Origin: Candidatus Latescibacterota bacterium
GTDB taxonomy: Bacteria; Latescibacterota; UBA2968
Direction of reading: 5' to 3'
DNA length: 64,000 nt
NCBI GenBank assembly: GCA_965222605.1
Contig: OZ244960.1
Location: forward strand, 320,001-384,000
The notes below the pieces were generated by a model, which saw only the letters and a list, made by a program, of their open reading frames with translations, did no database searches and had not been told where the DNA came from. Made by a program: the position numbers and the translations under genes. This document shows, piece by piece, positions 9,830 through 19,113 of the stretch; the stretch's first letter is position 1, and every line of letters begins with the position of its first letter.

Positions 9830-11266
9830 TTATACAATTCTAAAATAGTCGATAAGGGCACAGCGGCGCTGGCGGGTAAATGTGCGAGCAGACGTGCAGC
9901 CTTCGCCGGTGGGTGTGGCAATAGAGAAAGACGTATAGCCTTCACCACCTGCGCCCAATCCCGCAGATGACGCGCCGTTTTTCACAAAAATCGCACACTT
10001 ACATTGGCGAGCCATAACCGTCATATTCTCGACATTCTTCGAGTGCATGACCGCCGTGTGGCGATACCCCTGTTCGGCTCGAATAGCCCAGTCAATTGCC
10101 CTGTGTACATCGGGTGTGCGAACAATGGGAACAAACGGCATCATCTGCTCGTGTTGAACAAAATCGTGCTCATTTTCAACCTCGCCAATTAAAAGCTCTG
10201 TATCGGGCGAAATATTGAGGCCAATTTGAGCAGCAAGCACATGCGCGCTGCGACCGACGAGATCTCGATTGAGCATCCAATCGCCTTTTTCGTCGCGGGG
10301 AAACGCGATTTTAGTCAGCGCATCAATTTGTGAACGATCGAGTTCTACACAATTATTTCCCTTCAAGTGGCGCATCAGTTCGTCGGCCACGGATTGAACG
10401 ACAAAAACTTCCTTTTCACCAATGCACAAAATATTATTGTCAAAACCGCCGCCTTCAATAATGCTGAGGGCGGCCTTTTCGATATCGGCGGTCTCATCCA
10501 CCACCACAGGTGGATTGCCAGGCCCGGCTGCGATCACGCGCTTGGGTGCTTGCATGGCCGCTTTGACAACGCCACCGCCACCAGTGACGAGAACGAGATC
10601 GACGCTGGGATGCACAAAAAGGCTCTGCGCCGTTTCTATGGAGGGTTCACGCACAGCAACGAGCAAATTTGGTGGGCCGCTCGCACCGGCAATGGCGCGA
10701 TTGAGCATTTGAAGGCCCAGAGCCGAAACATTTTTCGCGCTCGGATGGGGCGCAAAAACCGCGCTATTGCCCGCAGCGATAAAGCTAATTGCATTGTTGA
10801 CCATCGTGGGCACCGGATGCGTGGATGGCGTAACAGCGGCAATCACGCCAAAGGGTGCCATTTCAACAACCGTCAAACCATTGTCGCCCGTCCACGCCGT
10901 GGGCTGCAAATCTTCAACGCCAGGCGTGTGCTGTGCAACAACCTCGAATTTGCGAATTTTGTGCGGCACCTTGCCCATGCCGGTTTCTTCAACGGTTTTT
11001 TGCGCGATACCCTTTGAATGCGCCATAGATTCGCGGCGGATCGCAGAAATAAGCTCGCGGCGGTGCTCCAGGCTCATCGCTTCAAGGGCACGCTGGGCTT
11101 CTGAAGCCGCGGCTATAGCTTCTTCGAGGTCGTTAAAAAGGCCATCGTCGCCTTTGTTTTCATAGCGAGCGGGCGGTGCAATGACCGCAGGAGCTTCGCG
11201 CTCAGCCACAAGGCGACGCACAACCTGCTCAACCACTGATCGGATTTGGATTTCGTCTAAGTTCAT
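9830..11266 (-). CDS. CoA-acylating aldehyde dehydrogenase (EutE/PduP family) with N-terminal encapsulation peptide
   Basis: APFGVIAAVTPSTHP, TGGGGVV, AGPGNPP, FDNNILCIGEKE, GEGYTSFSIATPTGEG; N-terminus MNLDEIQIRSVVEQVVRRL. Confidence 0.92.
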   Translation of the reverse strand: MNLDEIQIRSVVEQVVRRLVAEREAPAVIAPPARYENKGDDGLFNDLEEAIAAASEAQRALEAMSLEHRRELISAIRRESMAHSKGIAQKTVEETGMGKVPHKIRKFEVVAQHTPGVEDLQPTAWTGDNGLTVVEMAPFGVIAAVTPSTHPVPTMVNNAISFIAAGNSAVFAPHPSAKNVSALGLQMLNRAIAGASGPPNLLVAVREPSIETAQSLFVHPSVDLVLVTGGGGVVKAAMQAPKRVIAAGPGNPPVVVDETADIEKAALSIIEGGGFDNNILCIGEKEVFVVQSVADELMRHLKGNNCVELDRSQIDALTKIAFPRDEKGDWMLNRDLVGRSAHVLAAQIGLNISPDTELLIGEVENEHDFVQHEQMMPFVPIVRTPDVHRAIDWAIRAEQGYRHTAVMHSKNVENMTVMARQCKCAIFVKNGASSAGLGAGGEGYTSFSIATPTGEGCTSARTFTRQRRCALIDYFRIV

Positions 11267-11313
11267 AAGCAATAGAAGCTTTCAGCGATCAGCTGTCTGC
11301 TGACCGCTGATCG

Positions 11314-11604
11314 CTATTTCTGATAAACTGCTTCGCCTTCGATTTCTGCCGTGTCAATAATAGCGACAATCACAGCATCGACAGGGCGATTTTCAGTCGC
11401 ACTCGTCATACGGGCGGAACTCCCACTACAACAGAGCACGACTTCGCCATCGCCTGCACCAACAGCATCTACGGCGACCAAAAAACTTTCTTTTAGTTCG
11501 AATGCGGACAAATCGAGCGTTTGGACGATCTGGAGCTTAAAACCCGCCAGGCCGCTGTCTTTTTGGGTGGCAACCACCGTTCCCACCACCTTGCCGAGGG
11601 TCAT
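11314..11604 (-). CDS. BMC pentamer (EutN/CcmL)
   Basis: GKVVGTVVATQK..VAVDAVGAGDGE..GSSAR..PVDAVIVAIID. Confidence 0.93.
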   Translation of the reverse strand: MTLGKVVGTVVATQKDSGLAGFKLQIVQTLDLSAFELKESFLVAVDAVGAGDGEVVLCCSGSSARMTSATENRPVDAVIVAIIDTAEIEGEAVYQK

Positions 11605-11607
11605 AGT

Positions 11608-11892
11608 TTAGTCGTCTGAAGAGCCGATAGGCAGAATATCTTCGAGGCTACCATGCGGTCGCGGAATGACGTGTACGGAAATGAGTTCGCCAATTTTGCC
11701 AGCAGCAGCAGCGCCAGCTTCAGTTGCAGCTTTAACGGCTGCCACATCGCCGCGCACCATGGCAGTGACATATCCCGCGCCAATGCGTTCCCAATTGACA
11801 AATTGGACATTGGCGGCTTTGACCATCGCATCTGCCGCCTCAATCATAGCTACGAGACCTTTGGTTTCAATCATGCCGAGGGCTTCACCCAT
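11608..11892 (-). CDS. BMC hexamer (EutM/PduA-like)
   Basis: [44 protein letters not shown]; GGAGG RBS. Confidence 0.95.
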   Translation of the reverse strand: MGEALGMIETKGLVAMIEAADAMVKAANVQFVNWERIGAGYVTAMVRGDVAAVKAATEAGAAAAGKIGELISVHVIPRPHGSLEDILPIGSSDD

Positions 11893-11916
11893 GTTGCAAT
11901 TCCTCCTGAAAAATGA

Positions 11917-12189
11917 TCATTGTGTACTAAAAATAACCGCATCTACTTGTGGATCGAGATTTGGGATAACGTGAGCGGCAACGAGATCCCCAACGCGCTC
12001 GGCAGCTTCTGTTCCCGCTTCGATAGCTGCACGAACCGCGCCCACATCGCCGCGCACCAGTGTGGTGGTATATCCCGCACCGATTTTTTCGTACTTTTCA
12101 ATCGTGACGAGAGCCGTCTTAACCATCGCATCGGCAGCTTCTGTTGTGCCAATAACGCCGAGTGTTTCAATCATACCGAGTGCAGTCAT
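11917..12189 (-). CDS. BMC hexamer (second paralog)
   Basis: [33 protein letters not shown]. Confidence 0.93.
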   Translation of the reverse strand: MTALGMIETLGVIGTTEAADAMVKTALVTIEKYEKIGAGYTTTLVRGDVGAVRAAIEAGTEAAERVGDLVAAHVIPNLDPQVDAVIFSTQ

Positions 12190-12228
12190 AAAGTTGGAGA
12201 CTAGCAGGAACAAGCCCCTGGCCCCTTC

Positions 12229-12936
12229 TCATTTTATCATAAATGCCATATCTCCACAGACGAGATCGGCCGCGTTGGCATCGTCGGTATCCAAATGGAG
12301 TTCGGGCAAATAACTTTCGTCAATTTTGAGGTGCACATTGTCATATATAACGCCTTTTTCGCCTCCCACGCGCACCCTGACAGATTCCCGTCCTTGAAAG
12401 CCATAGTCCATTACATCAGACGGGCGCAGGTGAATGTGGCGCGCCGCGCGAATGGCTGCGTTGACTGTGACCGAACCCTTGGGACCGATGAAAGTAACAG
12501 GCGGCGCATCTCTCAGATCTCCCGAATCCCTCACAGGCGGGTCAACGCCGATATAGATGGCATCGGTTCGGGCGAGTTCGACCTGATTATAGTCGCGGCT
12601 GGGACCGAGAATCCGCACGCGCTCAATCGCGCGCAACCGGGGGCCAACAACAGAGATGACTTCCTCGGCGGCAAAAGCGCCCGGTTGGTAGAGCTCGCGA
12701 TAAGGCGTTAAGGTGTGACCCGCGCCAAAAAGAATCTCCAGGGTTTCATCATCAACATGTGCATGCCGAGCGGATACACCTACAGAAATGGGAATTTCTT
12801 CGCCATCTCCACCGCGGATCTGGCGCACGACTTCTTGCGCAATGCGGTCAATCGCATCGCCTTCCCCATTATTTTGCCCGAAAGCGCAAAGACCGCAATC
12901 ATCGCACACAGAGGCATTTTTTCGCATTGGAAGCAT
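12229..12936 (-). CDS. pduL: Phosphate propanoyltransferase PduL with N-terminal extension
   Basis: VSARHAH, LYQPGAFAAEE, VRILGP, QVELARTDA, RDSGD, ARHIH, LHLDTDDANA; start uncertain (12936 or 12927). Confidence 0.9.
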   Translation of the reverse strand: MLPMRKNASVCDDCGLCAFGQNNGEGDAIDRIAQEVVRQIRGGDGEEIPISVGVSARHAHVDDETLEILFGAGHTLTPYRELYQPGAFAAEEVISVVGPRLRAIERVRILGPSRDYNQVELARTDAIYIGVDPPVRDSGDLRDAPPVTFIGPKGSVTVNAAIRAARHIHLRPSDVMDYGFQGRESVRVRVGGEKGVIYDNVHLKIDESYLPELHLDTDDANAADLVCGDMAFMIK

Positions 12937-12975
12937 CGTCAAAATGTAGTATCGAGTGCTGTTTACAAAGGGCGA

Positions 12976-13004
12976 AAAATAGCTCATGACTGCTGTAAAG
13001 TCAA
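12976..13004 (-). promoter_or_regulatory. Putative sigma70 promoter of the BMC operon
   Basis: Minus strand TTGACT-17 nt-TATTTT, about 40 nt upstream of pduL. Confidence 0.5.
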
Positions 13005-13093
13005 GGGCTAAACACGCCGTAAAAAGCGCGATGCTTGACAAGTACCGAGCTTTGAACCAAATTCAGAGAGACTGTTTATTTTTTCTAACCATC

Positions 13094-14707
13094 ATGAGAA
13101 ATATACACTTGCTACTTAGATTACTCATGTGCATCCTGCTGTTTTTTTGTATAGCCAGTCCGGTAATCAGCGAAGATGCCTCGCCCGATATCCCACTGTA
13201 TCATCCCGTGTATCCCCTGTTGGATCGCCTGAATACGCGAGGTTGGGTCGCCGTGCCCGATACGCGCCCCTTGACCCGGACACAAGTTGCGCAGATGCTT
13301 TCCGCCGTGTCCAGTCAATCTATGTCGGCAACCGAGCGTGGCCTCATCAACCGATATATTGCAGAATTGGAAAATCGCGTGGCCTTTGCACGCGAACCCC
13401 GATGGATCTGGCACGACTCCACGGCGTCCGTCACCCTCGAACCGCTGGCTCGGCAACAGGTGATTGCACGCAGGGGCGATGGATTTTTGAACGAGACCAC
13501 ATCGCAAACCTATATTGGCGGTTCTGTGCGCGGGCGATTCCACACATTGGGATTTTACGCACGCCACTTTGAGGCCCGCGAGTGGAGCAACCAACCGCGC
13601 CTTCGCCGAAAAGATGTGCTGGCCCGCCCCATTGAAGATGTGCAACTCAAGGGCAAAAAGGCAGATTTTCGGGAAAGCGCGTTTCAACTGGCCTGGGCAA
13701 ATTCATGGATACGTATAGATGCCGGCAAAGGAAGCCTCAGTTGGGGGCCTGGACGCACGGGAAATTTATTGCTCTCCAACAATGCGCCATCTTATGGCTT
13801 GTTCCGGTTGCGTACATCACACGGGCGATTGCGCTATACCCATATCGCTTCATCACTGCGCGCACGCCCGGGATTAATCGACACAACGCGACGGTGGATT
13901 GACAATGGGCATGTGCGTATTTTTTTAAGGCAAAAGCGACTTGCCGCGCACCGCCTGGACATTGAGTTCTCAAAAGTGAGAATTGGATTGCACGAGGCAG
14001 TGGTATATGGCGACCGGGGATTTGAGCTACTCTACGTTTTGCCAGTCGCCGTATTTGCGGGAACGCAAAATCACCTGGGAAATCGCGACAATCTCGTAAT
14101 TGGAGCCGATATATCAGCTCACATCCTGACGGGACTGACACTTTATGGCGCGTGGTTTTTCGACGATATGGTCAAATTCGATCCCAATGCGTTTTCCAAT
14201 CAATTTGCCTTTCAAGTGGGCGCGTTCTGGGTCGATCCCCTGGGCTTGCGAGATACCGATGTGCGCGCCGAATATGTGCGCGTGGAGCCTTATGTGTACG
14301 CGCACAATTTCCACATCAATACGTATGAACACTACGACACGCTTTTGGGCTATCCAACCGGACCAAATGCAGACCGCTATTTTGCACAAGTGACGCACCG
14401 CTTTTCGCCAAGTCTGAATGCGTCTTTAACTTTCGAAAGAGAGCGACAAGGTGAAAATCCAGTAAATCCAGATGGAACAATTGTCAATGTGGGCGGCAAT
14501 GCACAACTGGGACGTCGGTTAGAGGACCCAACCACGCGAAATTTTATGTCGGGCAATATAGAGACACTGAAAAAAATACGCGGCCGCATAGTATTTGCAC
14601 CTGTGAGAAATTGGACTTTACAGGTACAGTATCATCGCACTATAACCCAACAAAGCCGGGCAACGGGACATGAGTGGACAGCGACGATAGATGTGAACTT
14701 TTATTAA
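13094..14707 (+). CDS. Capsule assembly Wzi-family outer-membrane protein
   Basis: Signal peptide; SWGPGRTGNLLLSNNAP, AAHRLD, HEAVVYG, FFDD, LGYPTGPNAD; C-terminal aromatic residue. Confidence 0.75.
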   Translation: MRNIHLLLRLLMCILLFFCIASPVISEDASPDIPLYHPVYPLLDRLNTRGWVAVPDTRPLTRTQVAQMLSAVSSQSMSATERGLINRYIAELENRVAFAREPRWIWHDSTASVTLEPLARQQVIARRGDGFLNETTSQTYIGGSVRGRFHTLGFYARHFEAREWSNQPRLRRKDVLARPIEDVQLKGKKADFRESAFQLAWANSWIRIDAGKGSLSWGPGRTGNLLLSNNAPSYGLFRLRTSHGRLRYTHIASSLRARPGLIDTTRRWIDNGHVRIFLRQKRLAAHRLDIEFSKVRIGLHEAVVYGDRGFELLYVLPVAVFAGTQNHLGNRDNLVIGADISAHILTGLTLYGAWFFDDMVKFDPNAFSNQFAFQVGAFWVDPLGLRDTDVRAEYVRVEPYVYAHNFHINTYEHYDTLLGYPTGPNADRYFAQVTHRFSPSLNASLTFERERQGENPVNPDGTIVNVGGNAQLGRRLEDPTTRNFMSGNIETLKKIRGRIVFAPVRNWTLQVQYHRTITQQSRATGHEWTATIDVNFY

Positions 14708-14720
14708 ATGGAAATCGGAA

Positions 14721-15881
14721 ATGAGTCATCGCCAGAGCCTGTGGGGCCTGCTCGCATTCGCATTGTTATTGCGCGTATGCTTTGGGTTGATGCAATCCAA
14801 TTTGACAAATGCGTCTGATGAAGTGCATTGGGACCGCCTGGGGCAGGCTTATGTCGCACTGGGCGTTTTGCATCCCGATACAGGGATGTACCGCCCCCCG
14901 TTATACGGGTTATTTCTCGCGAGCCTGTATCACACCTTTGGTCACAGCCCCGCCCTGGTGCAAATTGTCCAGGCTGTCCTGGGCACAATCACCTGCTATC
15001 TCATCTATATTCTGGGATGTAGAATGGGCAACATACAGGTTGGGCTGGTCGCTGCGGGTATATTTGCTATTTATCCATTATTTGTATTTTTTTGCGGCGT
15101 GTTGATGGCCGAAACCCTCCTGGTGCTGCTGACGACTATGAGCTTTTTGTGTTGTATGCATTTTTGGCAAAAGAGCACCCACACGATGGCGGTGATATTT
15201 GGCGGGATTGTGGGTCTATCCGCACTTTGCAAACCCGTTTTATTGCCCTGGTTACCCCTTGCCCTCTTTTTTTGGTGGCGAAAATCGCGCCTGACACCTG
15301 TAGAAAAAACATCGCGTGTGCTAACTGTAGCCGGCGCACTCTGCCTGATTATTTTGCCGTGGACAGCGCGCAATCATAAAATTTCTGGCGAATTTGTTCC
15401 CATCTCGACCAATTTGGGGATCAACTTGCTGGTGGGGGCACACCCCGAAGGGCGCGGCGTTTACGACAATCACATCGATTATCTGGCACTTTATCACACA
15501 CTGGCCAACACATCTCAAGGCGCAGCGGCCGACCACCGCGTCGCGGGCATTGTGTTGGGATGGATAATCGCAGAACCACTGCACTATCTGAGCTTGAGCG
15601 TTTTCAAACTGCTCTATTTTTGGTGTCCCTGGGTTCCGGGAGAGCCGCCATTGTACAACGCAATTGCCGCGCTTTCCTGTACCCCACTGCTGTTCCTGGG
15701 GTTTGTCGGCACATTTATGCAACGCCACAGACCCGAAGGACTGGCACTTATTCTATTGATAATTAGCATGTCAATATTGCACATGGTATTTTTTGCCCAC
15801 ACGCGTTTTCGGCTACCCATTGACGCGATTTTATGCGCGCCTGCTGCGTGGGTATGTGTGCAGTGGGTCAATCGAAAGTGA
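14721..15881 (+). CDS. GT-C (ArnT/GT39-like) membrane glycosyltransferase
   Basis: SDE loop, YRPPLY, multiple TMs, PWTARN, RFRLP. Confidence 0.8.
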   Translation: MSHRQSLWGLLAFALLLRVCFGLMQSNLTNASDEVHWDRLGQAYVALGVLHPDTGMYRPPLYGLFLASLYHTFGHSPALVQIVQAVLGTITCYLIYILGCRMGNIQVGLVAAGIFAIYPLFVFFCGVLMAETLLVLLTTMSFLCCMHFWQKSTHTMAVIFGGIVGLSALCKPVLLPWLPLALFFWWRKSRLTPVEKTSRVLTVAGALCLIILPWTARNHKISGEFVPISTNLGINLLVGAHPEGRGVYDNHIDYLALYHTLANTSQGAAADHRVAGIVLGWIIAEPLHYLSLSVFKLLYFWCPWVPGEPPLYNAIAALSCTPLLFLGFVGTFMQRHRPEGLALILLIISMSILHMVFFAHTRFRLPIDAILCAPAAWVCVQWVNRK

Positions 15882-16011
15882 TGGTTCGACGTAATCCTCG
15901 TCGCTAAAACGAGGAGGTGAACCGCTACGGCTCATATCCCAACGCAGAAAGGGGTTACCGGCTGGTTGTTCACGCTGTTGGGTCACGAGCTTTCTGGTAA
16001 ATTTTTATTAA

Positions 16012-16809
16012 GTGATGCGTATGTCTCTTATTCAATTTTGTCGGGGCGCGTTGCCTGTCTGTTTTTATCCATTTGTCAAATCTATTCATCGAAGTGGACT
16101 ACAATTTTTTTATTGGGGTAGGCGACGGGTATGTCCTTGCTGTGGTGGTCACTTTCGCAAGTTCCGGGCATTTGGGACCCCATTGCGCATTGATGCCTTG
16201 TGTCCTGTATGTGGTTCATTGGAACGCCAGCGATTATTATGGCTTTTTTTAAAAAACAGCACACCGTTTTTTGACTCGGCTCTGTCTGTTCTCCACGTTG
16301 CTCCCTCCGCTGTTTTAAAGCGTGCGTTTCAGAAACTGCCCCATCGCTATATAACGGTTGATCTGGTTTCTCCATTGGCTCAAATACGCAGCGATGTCAC
16401 ATGCTTGGCATTTGGGGCAGATTATTTTGACGCGATCCTGTGCAATCACGTTTTGGAGCACGTGTTTGATGATCGAGCCGCTATGGCTGAATTATGGCGG
16501 GTACTAAAACCGGGCGGCTGGGCAATTCTTCAAGTACCTATAGACCTGCAACGCGCAGAGACTCTCGAAGTTGAAAACTTAGATGCTTTATCTTTTAAAG
16601 ACCGTTTGCGGCTTTTTGGGCAAGCCGATCATGTGCGACAGTACGGTTGTGATTATGCTACGCGACTGTGCGAAGCGGGCTTTGATGTGCAAGTCATTGA
16701 TTTTACAAAAGTACTGGGCCAAGAAAATATCATACGGTATGGTTTGATGTCAGATGAGCAGATTTTTTTCTGTAAAAAACCCGTTATTGGAAAGCGTGAT
16801 TTGGTATGA
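16012..16809 (+). CDS. Class I SAM-dependent methyltransferase with N-terminal Cys pairs
   Basis: CPCC..CPVCGSLERQR, VLHVAP, FDAILCNHVLEHV, RVLKPGG, FGQADHVR. Confidence 0.85.
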   Translation: MMRMSLIQFCRGALPVCFYPFVKSIHRSGLQFFYWGRRRVCPCCGGHFRKFRAFGTPLRIDALCPVCGSLERQRLLWLFLKNSTPFFDSALSVLHVAPSAVLKRAFQKLPHRYITVDLVSPLAQIRSDVTCLAFGADYFDAILCNHVLEHVFDDRAAMAELWRVLKPGGWAILQVPIDLQRAETLEVENLDALSFKDRLRLFGQADHVRQYGCDYATRLCEAGFDVQVIDFTKVLGQENIIRYGLMSDEQIFFCKKPVIGKRDLV

Positions 16810-18200
16810 CGCTTCGAGCAAATTTTTTTGATCCTGCAAAACTCCACCTATTGGTTCTGGTGTGTTTGGGGCAGGTCTTGTTAATTGCACTGCCGTTTTT
16901 GGTAAATAACGCGCTTGCGGCGATTCTTGTTTTGAGCTTGTTGTCGATAATCGCGCTTTTTGGCTCTCTCACGCTGTCTGTGCTCTATTTGTGTTTTACT
17001 GCCGCAGTTGTGCCTTCCTGGTTTTATGAAGACTATCTGCTATTGCCTCTGGACTTCAAATTCTATGAAGGTCTTCTCGCAGTGGTGATGGGCATTGCCT
17101 GGCTCAACTATTTGTTAGAAGGCCGATGGAATTGGCGACGGCATACGTTTTTGGATCAACCGATGTACGTATTGCTGGGGCTGGTCGTATTTTCCTGCTT
17201 GTTGGGGTTGATCTATGGACAGTCGATCTCGCAAATGTTGCGCGACGTGCGCTATCCATTGTATTACACGCTGTTTTTCGTGGTAACGTGGTTTTTTGAT
17301 GTGCGGCGGTTCTCCACATTCCTGCATTTATTTCTCTTCATCGCCGCAATTGTCGGCATCGAGTACTTGCTTGAATTTCTTTTACAGGTGGATACGGACA
17401 TTGCGGGCGGTTTTGTTCGGGTCGCACGACTCGAAGGCATTGTGTTGCCGATGGGCATGCTCATTATTGCCGCCATTTTGTTATTTGAAGCACGGGCATA
17501 CAGACGAGCATGGGCGTGGGGCGCGATATTGCCTATCGGGCTGGCCCTAATTTTGACAATGGGCCGGGGCATGTGGATTTCGCTATTCGTAGGGCTGGGC
17601 AGCCTTGCCGCGTTGACCGTGCTGGACAAGCAGGCCACGCCCCGACGCATGTCGCGTCTTTTTGTCGTGGCACTGGTCCCCCTGTTGCTACTGGCGATGG
17701 GTTATGTTTTTCAGCAACAAACCCGCGCTGCCGTTAGTGACATCGCATTGGACCGCGTGACGCGTAGCGTCGAAGCCGTAAGTGGGCGGTTGATATCTTA
17801 TGGCAATGCACTGGAAAAAATTCGCCAGCGCCCTTTGCTCGGCGGCGGACACGGTGAAACCGTGACGTCTCTGGTGACATTTCCGCCACCGCCACAGATA
17901 TTGACAGTAGGTGCAGTTGACAATGTTTATTTGACGATTGGGATGCGAATGGGGCTGGTTGGCGTCGCGGCATTTTTGTGGGTCTTCGGCTTTGCCCTGT
18001 GGCGAGCATATCTATTATTCCAGCAAAGTTCTGACACCCGCGTGCGTCTATTTTGCGCGGCATTTATCGCCATTTACGCAGCACTCCTCGTCTATGGCAT
18101 GGCAGATGCAACCCTCTTTGCCAATCGGTTGATCTTCATCCATGCAACATTTTTGGGGCTCATTGCGCGGCTGGTAGCAGAGGAAAAAAATAATGCCTGA
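16806..18200 (+). CDS. O-antigen ligase/polymerase (WaaL/Wzy_C) family membrane protein
   Basis: Many TMs; LTMGRGMW, RPLLGGGHG, DNVYL..GLVG. Confidence 0.75.
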   Translation: MTLRANFFDPAKLHLLVLVCLGQVLLIALPFLVNNALAAILVLSLLSIIALFGSLTLSVLYLCFTAAVVPSWFYEDYLLLPLDFKFYEGLLAVVMGIAWLNYLLEGRWNWRRHTFLDQPMYVLLGLVVFSCLLGLIYGQSISQMLRDVRYPLYYTLFFVVTWFFDVRRFSTFLHLFLFIAAIVGIEYLLEFLLQVDTDIAGGFVRVARLEGIVLPMGMLIIAAILLFEARAYRRAWAWGAILPIGLALILTMGRGMWISLFVGLGSLAALTVLDKQATPRRMSRLFVVALVPLLLLAMGYVFQQQTRAAVSDIALDRVTRSVEAVSGRLISYGNALEKIRQRPLLGGGHGETVTSLVTFPPPPQILTVGAVDNVYLTIGMRMGLVGVAAFLWVFGFALWRAYLLFQQSSDTRVRLFCAAFIAIYAALLVYGMADATLFANRLIFIHATFLGLIARLVAEEKNNA

Positions 18201-19113
18201 GCGCGTGACAGCAATAGTGGTCAATTGGAATGCCGGAGAAAATCTGGCACAGTGCATTGCCGCATTAATCAATCAGCGTGGAACAGATCTCGATGTGGTC
18301 GTAGTCGATAACGCATCGTCGGACAACAGTCTGGAGGCATTGGAAACTTATGGCGACCGCGTGCGCGTGATTCAAACCGGCGAAAATCTGGGTTTTGGGC
18401 GCGCAGTGAACCGCGGTGTGGCTGTCTCGCATAGCGCAATTGTCGTAGCCATGAATCCCGATGTTGTGTTGCAACCAGATACTGTGAATACGATGGTCGA
18501 ATTCTTGAACACACACGCAACTGTGGGTATGTTGGGGCCGAAGTTGAAAGACGCGGATGGACAGGTACTGGCCTCATGCGGCGAAGCACCCAGACTCAGA
18601 GACGAAATTTGTCGTAAATTCCTATTGCATCTAATATTTCCATTGCTTAAATTTCGGCGACGAAGCCCCTCCAAACCCGAAGCTGTGGCCTGGGTAACCG
18701 GGGCGTGTTTCGCTGTTCGCCGTCGCGTTCTGGACGCTGTAAACGGGTTGGACGAGGCCATTTTTATGTATTACGAAGATGTAGATCTCGGCTTGAGCAT
18801 CAACCGTGCTGGCTGGCAGGTCATGTATTTGCCCCACGCCGAAGGCATACATATTGGGGGCGAAAGTTCCAAACAGGCATTGACGCGGATGCTCGTGGTC
18901 AGTGAAGCGTCTTATGCCTATTTTATTGCCAAACATCTGGGGCAATGGGCCGCGCGCTTGCTCCGGCTCCTGCGTCCCATCGAAATGACATTGCGAACAT
19001 TGCTCTGGGGAAGTGTGTTTTTACTCGCCCACAGCCGTCGCACAGAAGCGCGAGCGCGTTTGCGGGCTTACTGGTTTATCTTAACTCACGGTGCCGTGGA
19101 GGAAGGTCCATGA
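18193..19113 (+). CDS. Glycosyltransferase family 2 (WbbL-like)
   Basis: IVVNWN, VVDNASSD, NLGFGRAVN, MNPD, WVTGAC, FMYYEDVD. Confidence 0.9.
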   Translation: MPERVTAIVVNWNAGENLAQCIAALINQRGTDLDVVVVDNASSDNSLEALETYGDRVRVIQTGENLGFGRAVNRGVAVSHSAIVVAMNPDVVLQPDTVNTMVEFLNTHATVGMLGPKLKDADGQVLASCGEAPRLRDEICRKFLLHLIFPLLKFRRRSPSKPEAVAWVTGACFAVRRRVLDAVNGLDEAIFMYYEDVDLGLSINRAGWQVMYLPHAEGIHIGGESSKQALTRMLVVSEASYAYFIAKHLGQWAARLLRLLRPIEMTLRTLLWGSVFLLAHSRRTEARARLRAYWFILTHGAVEEGP

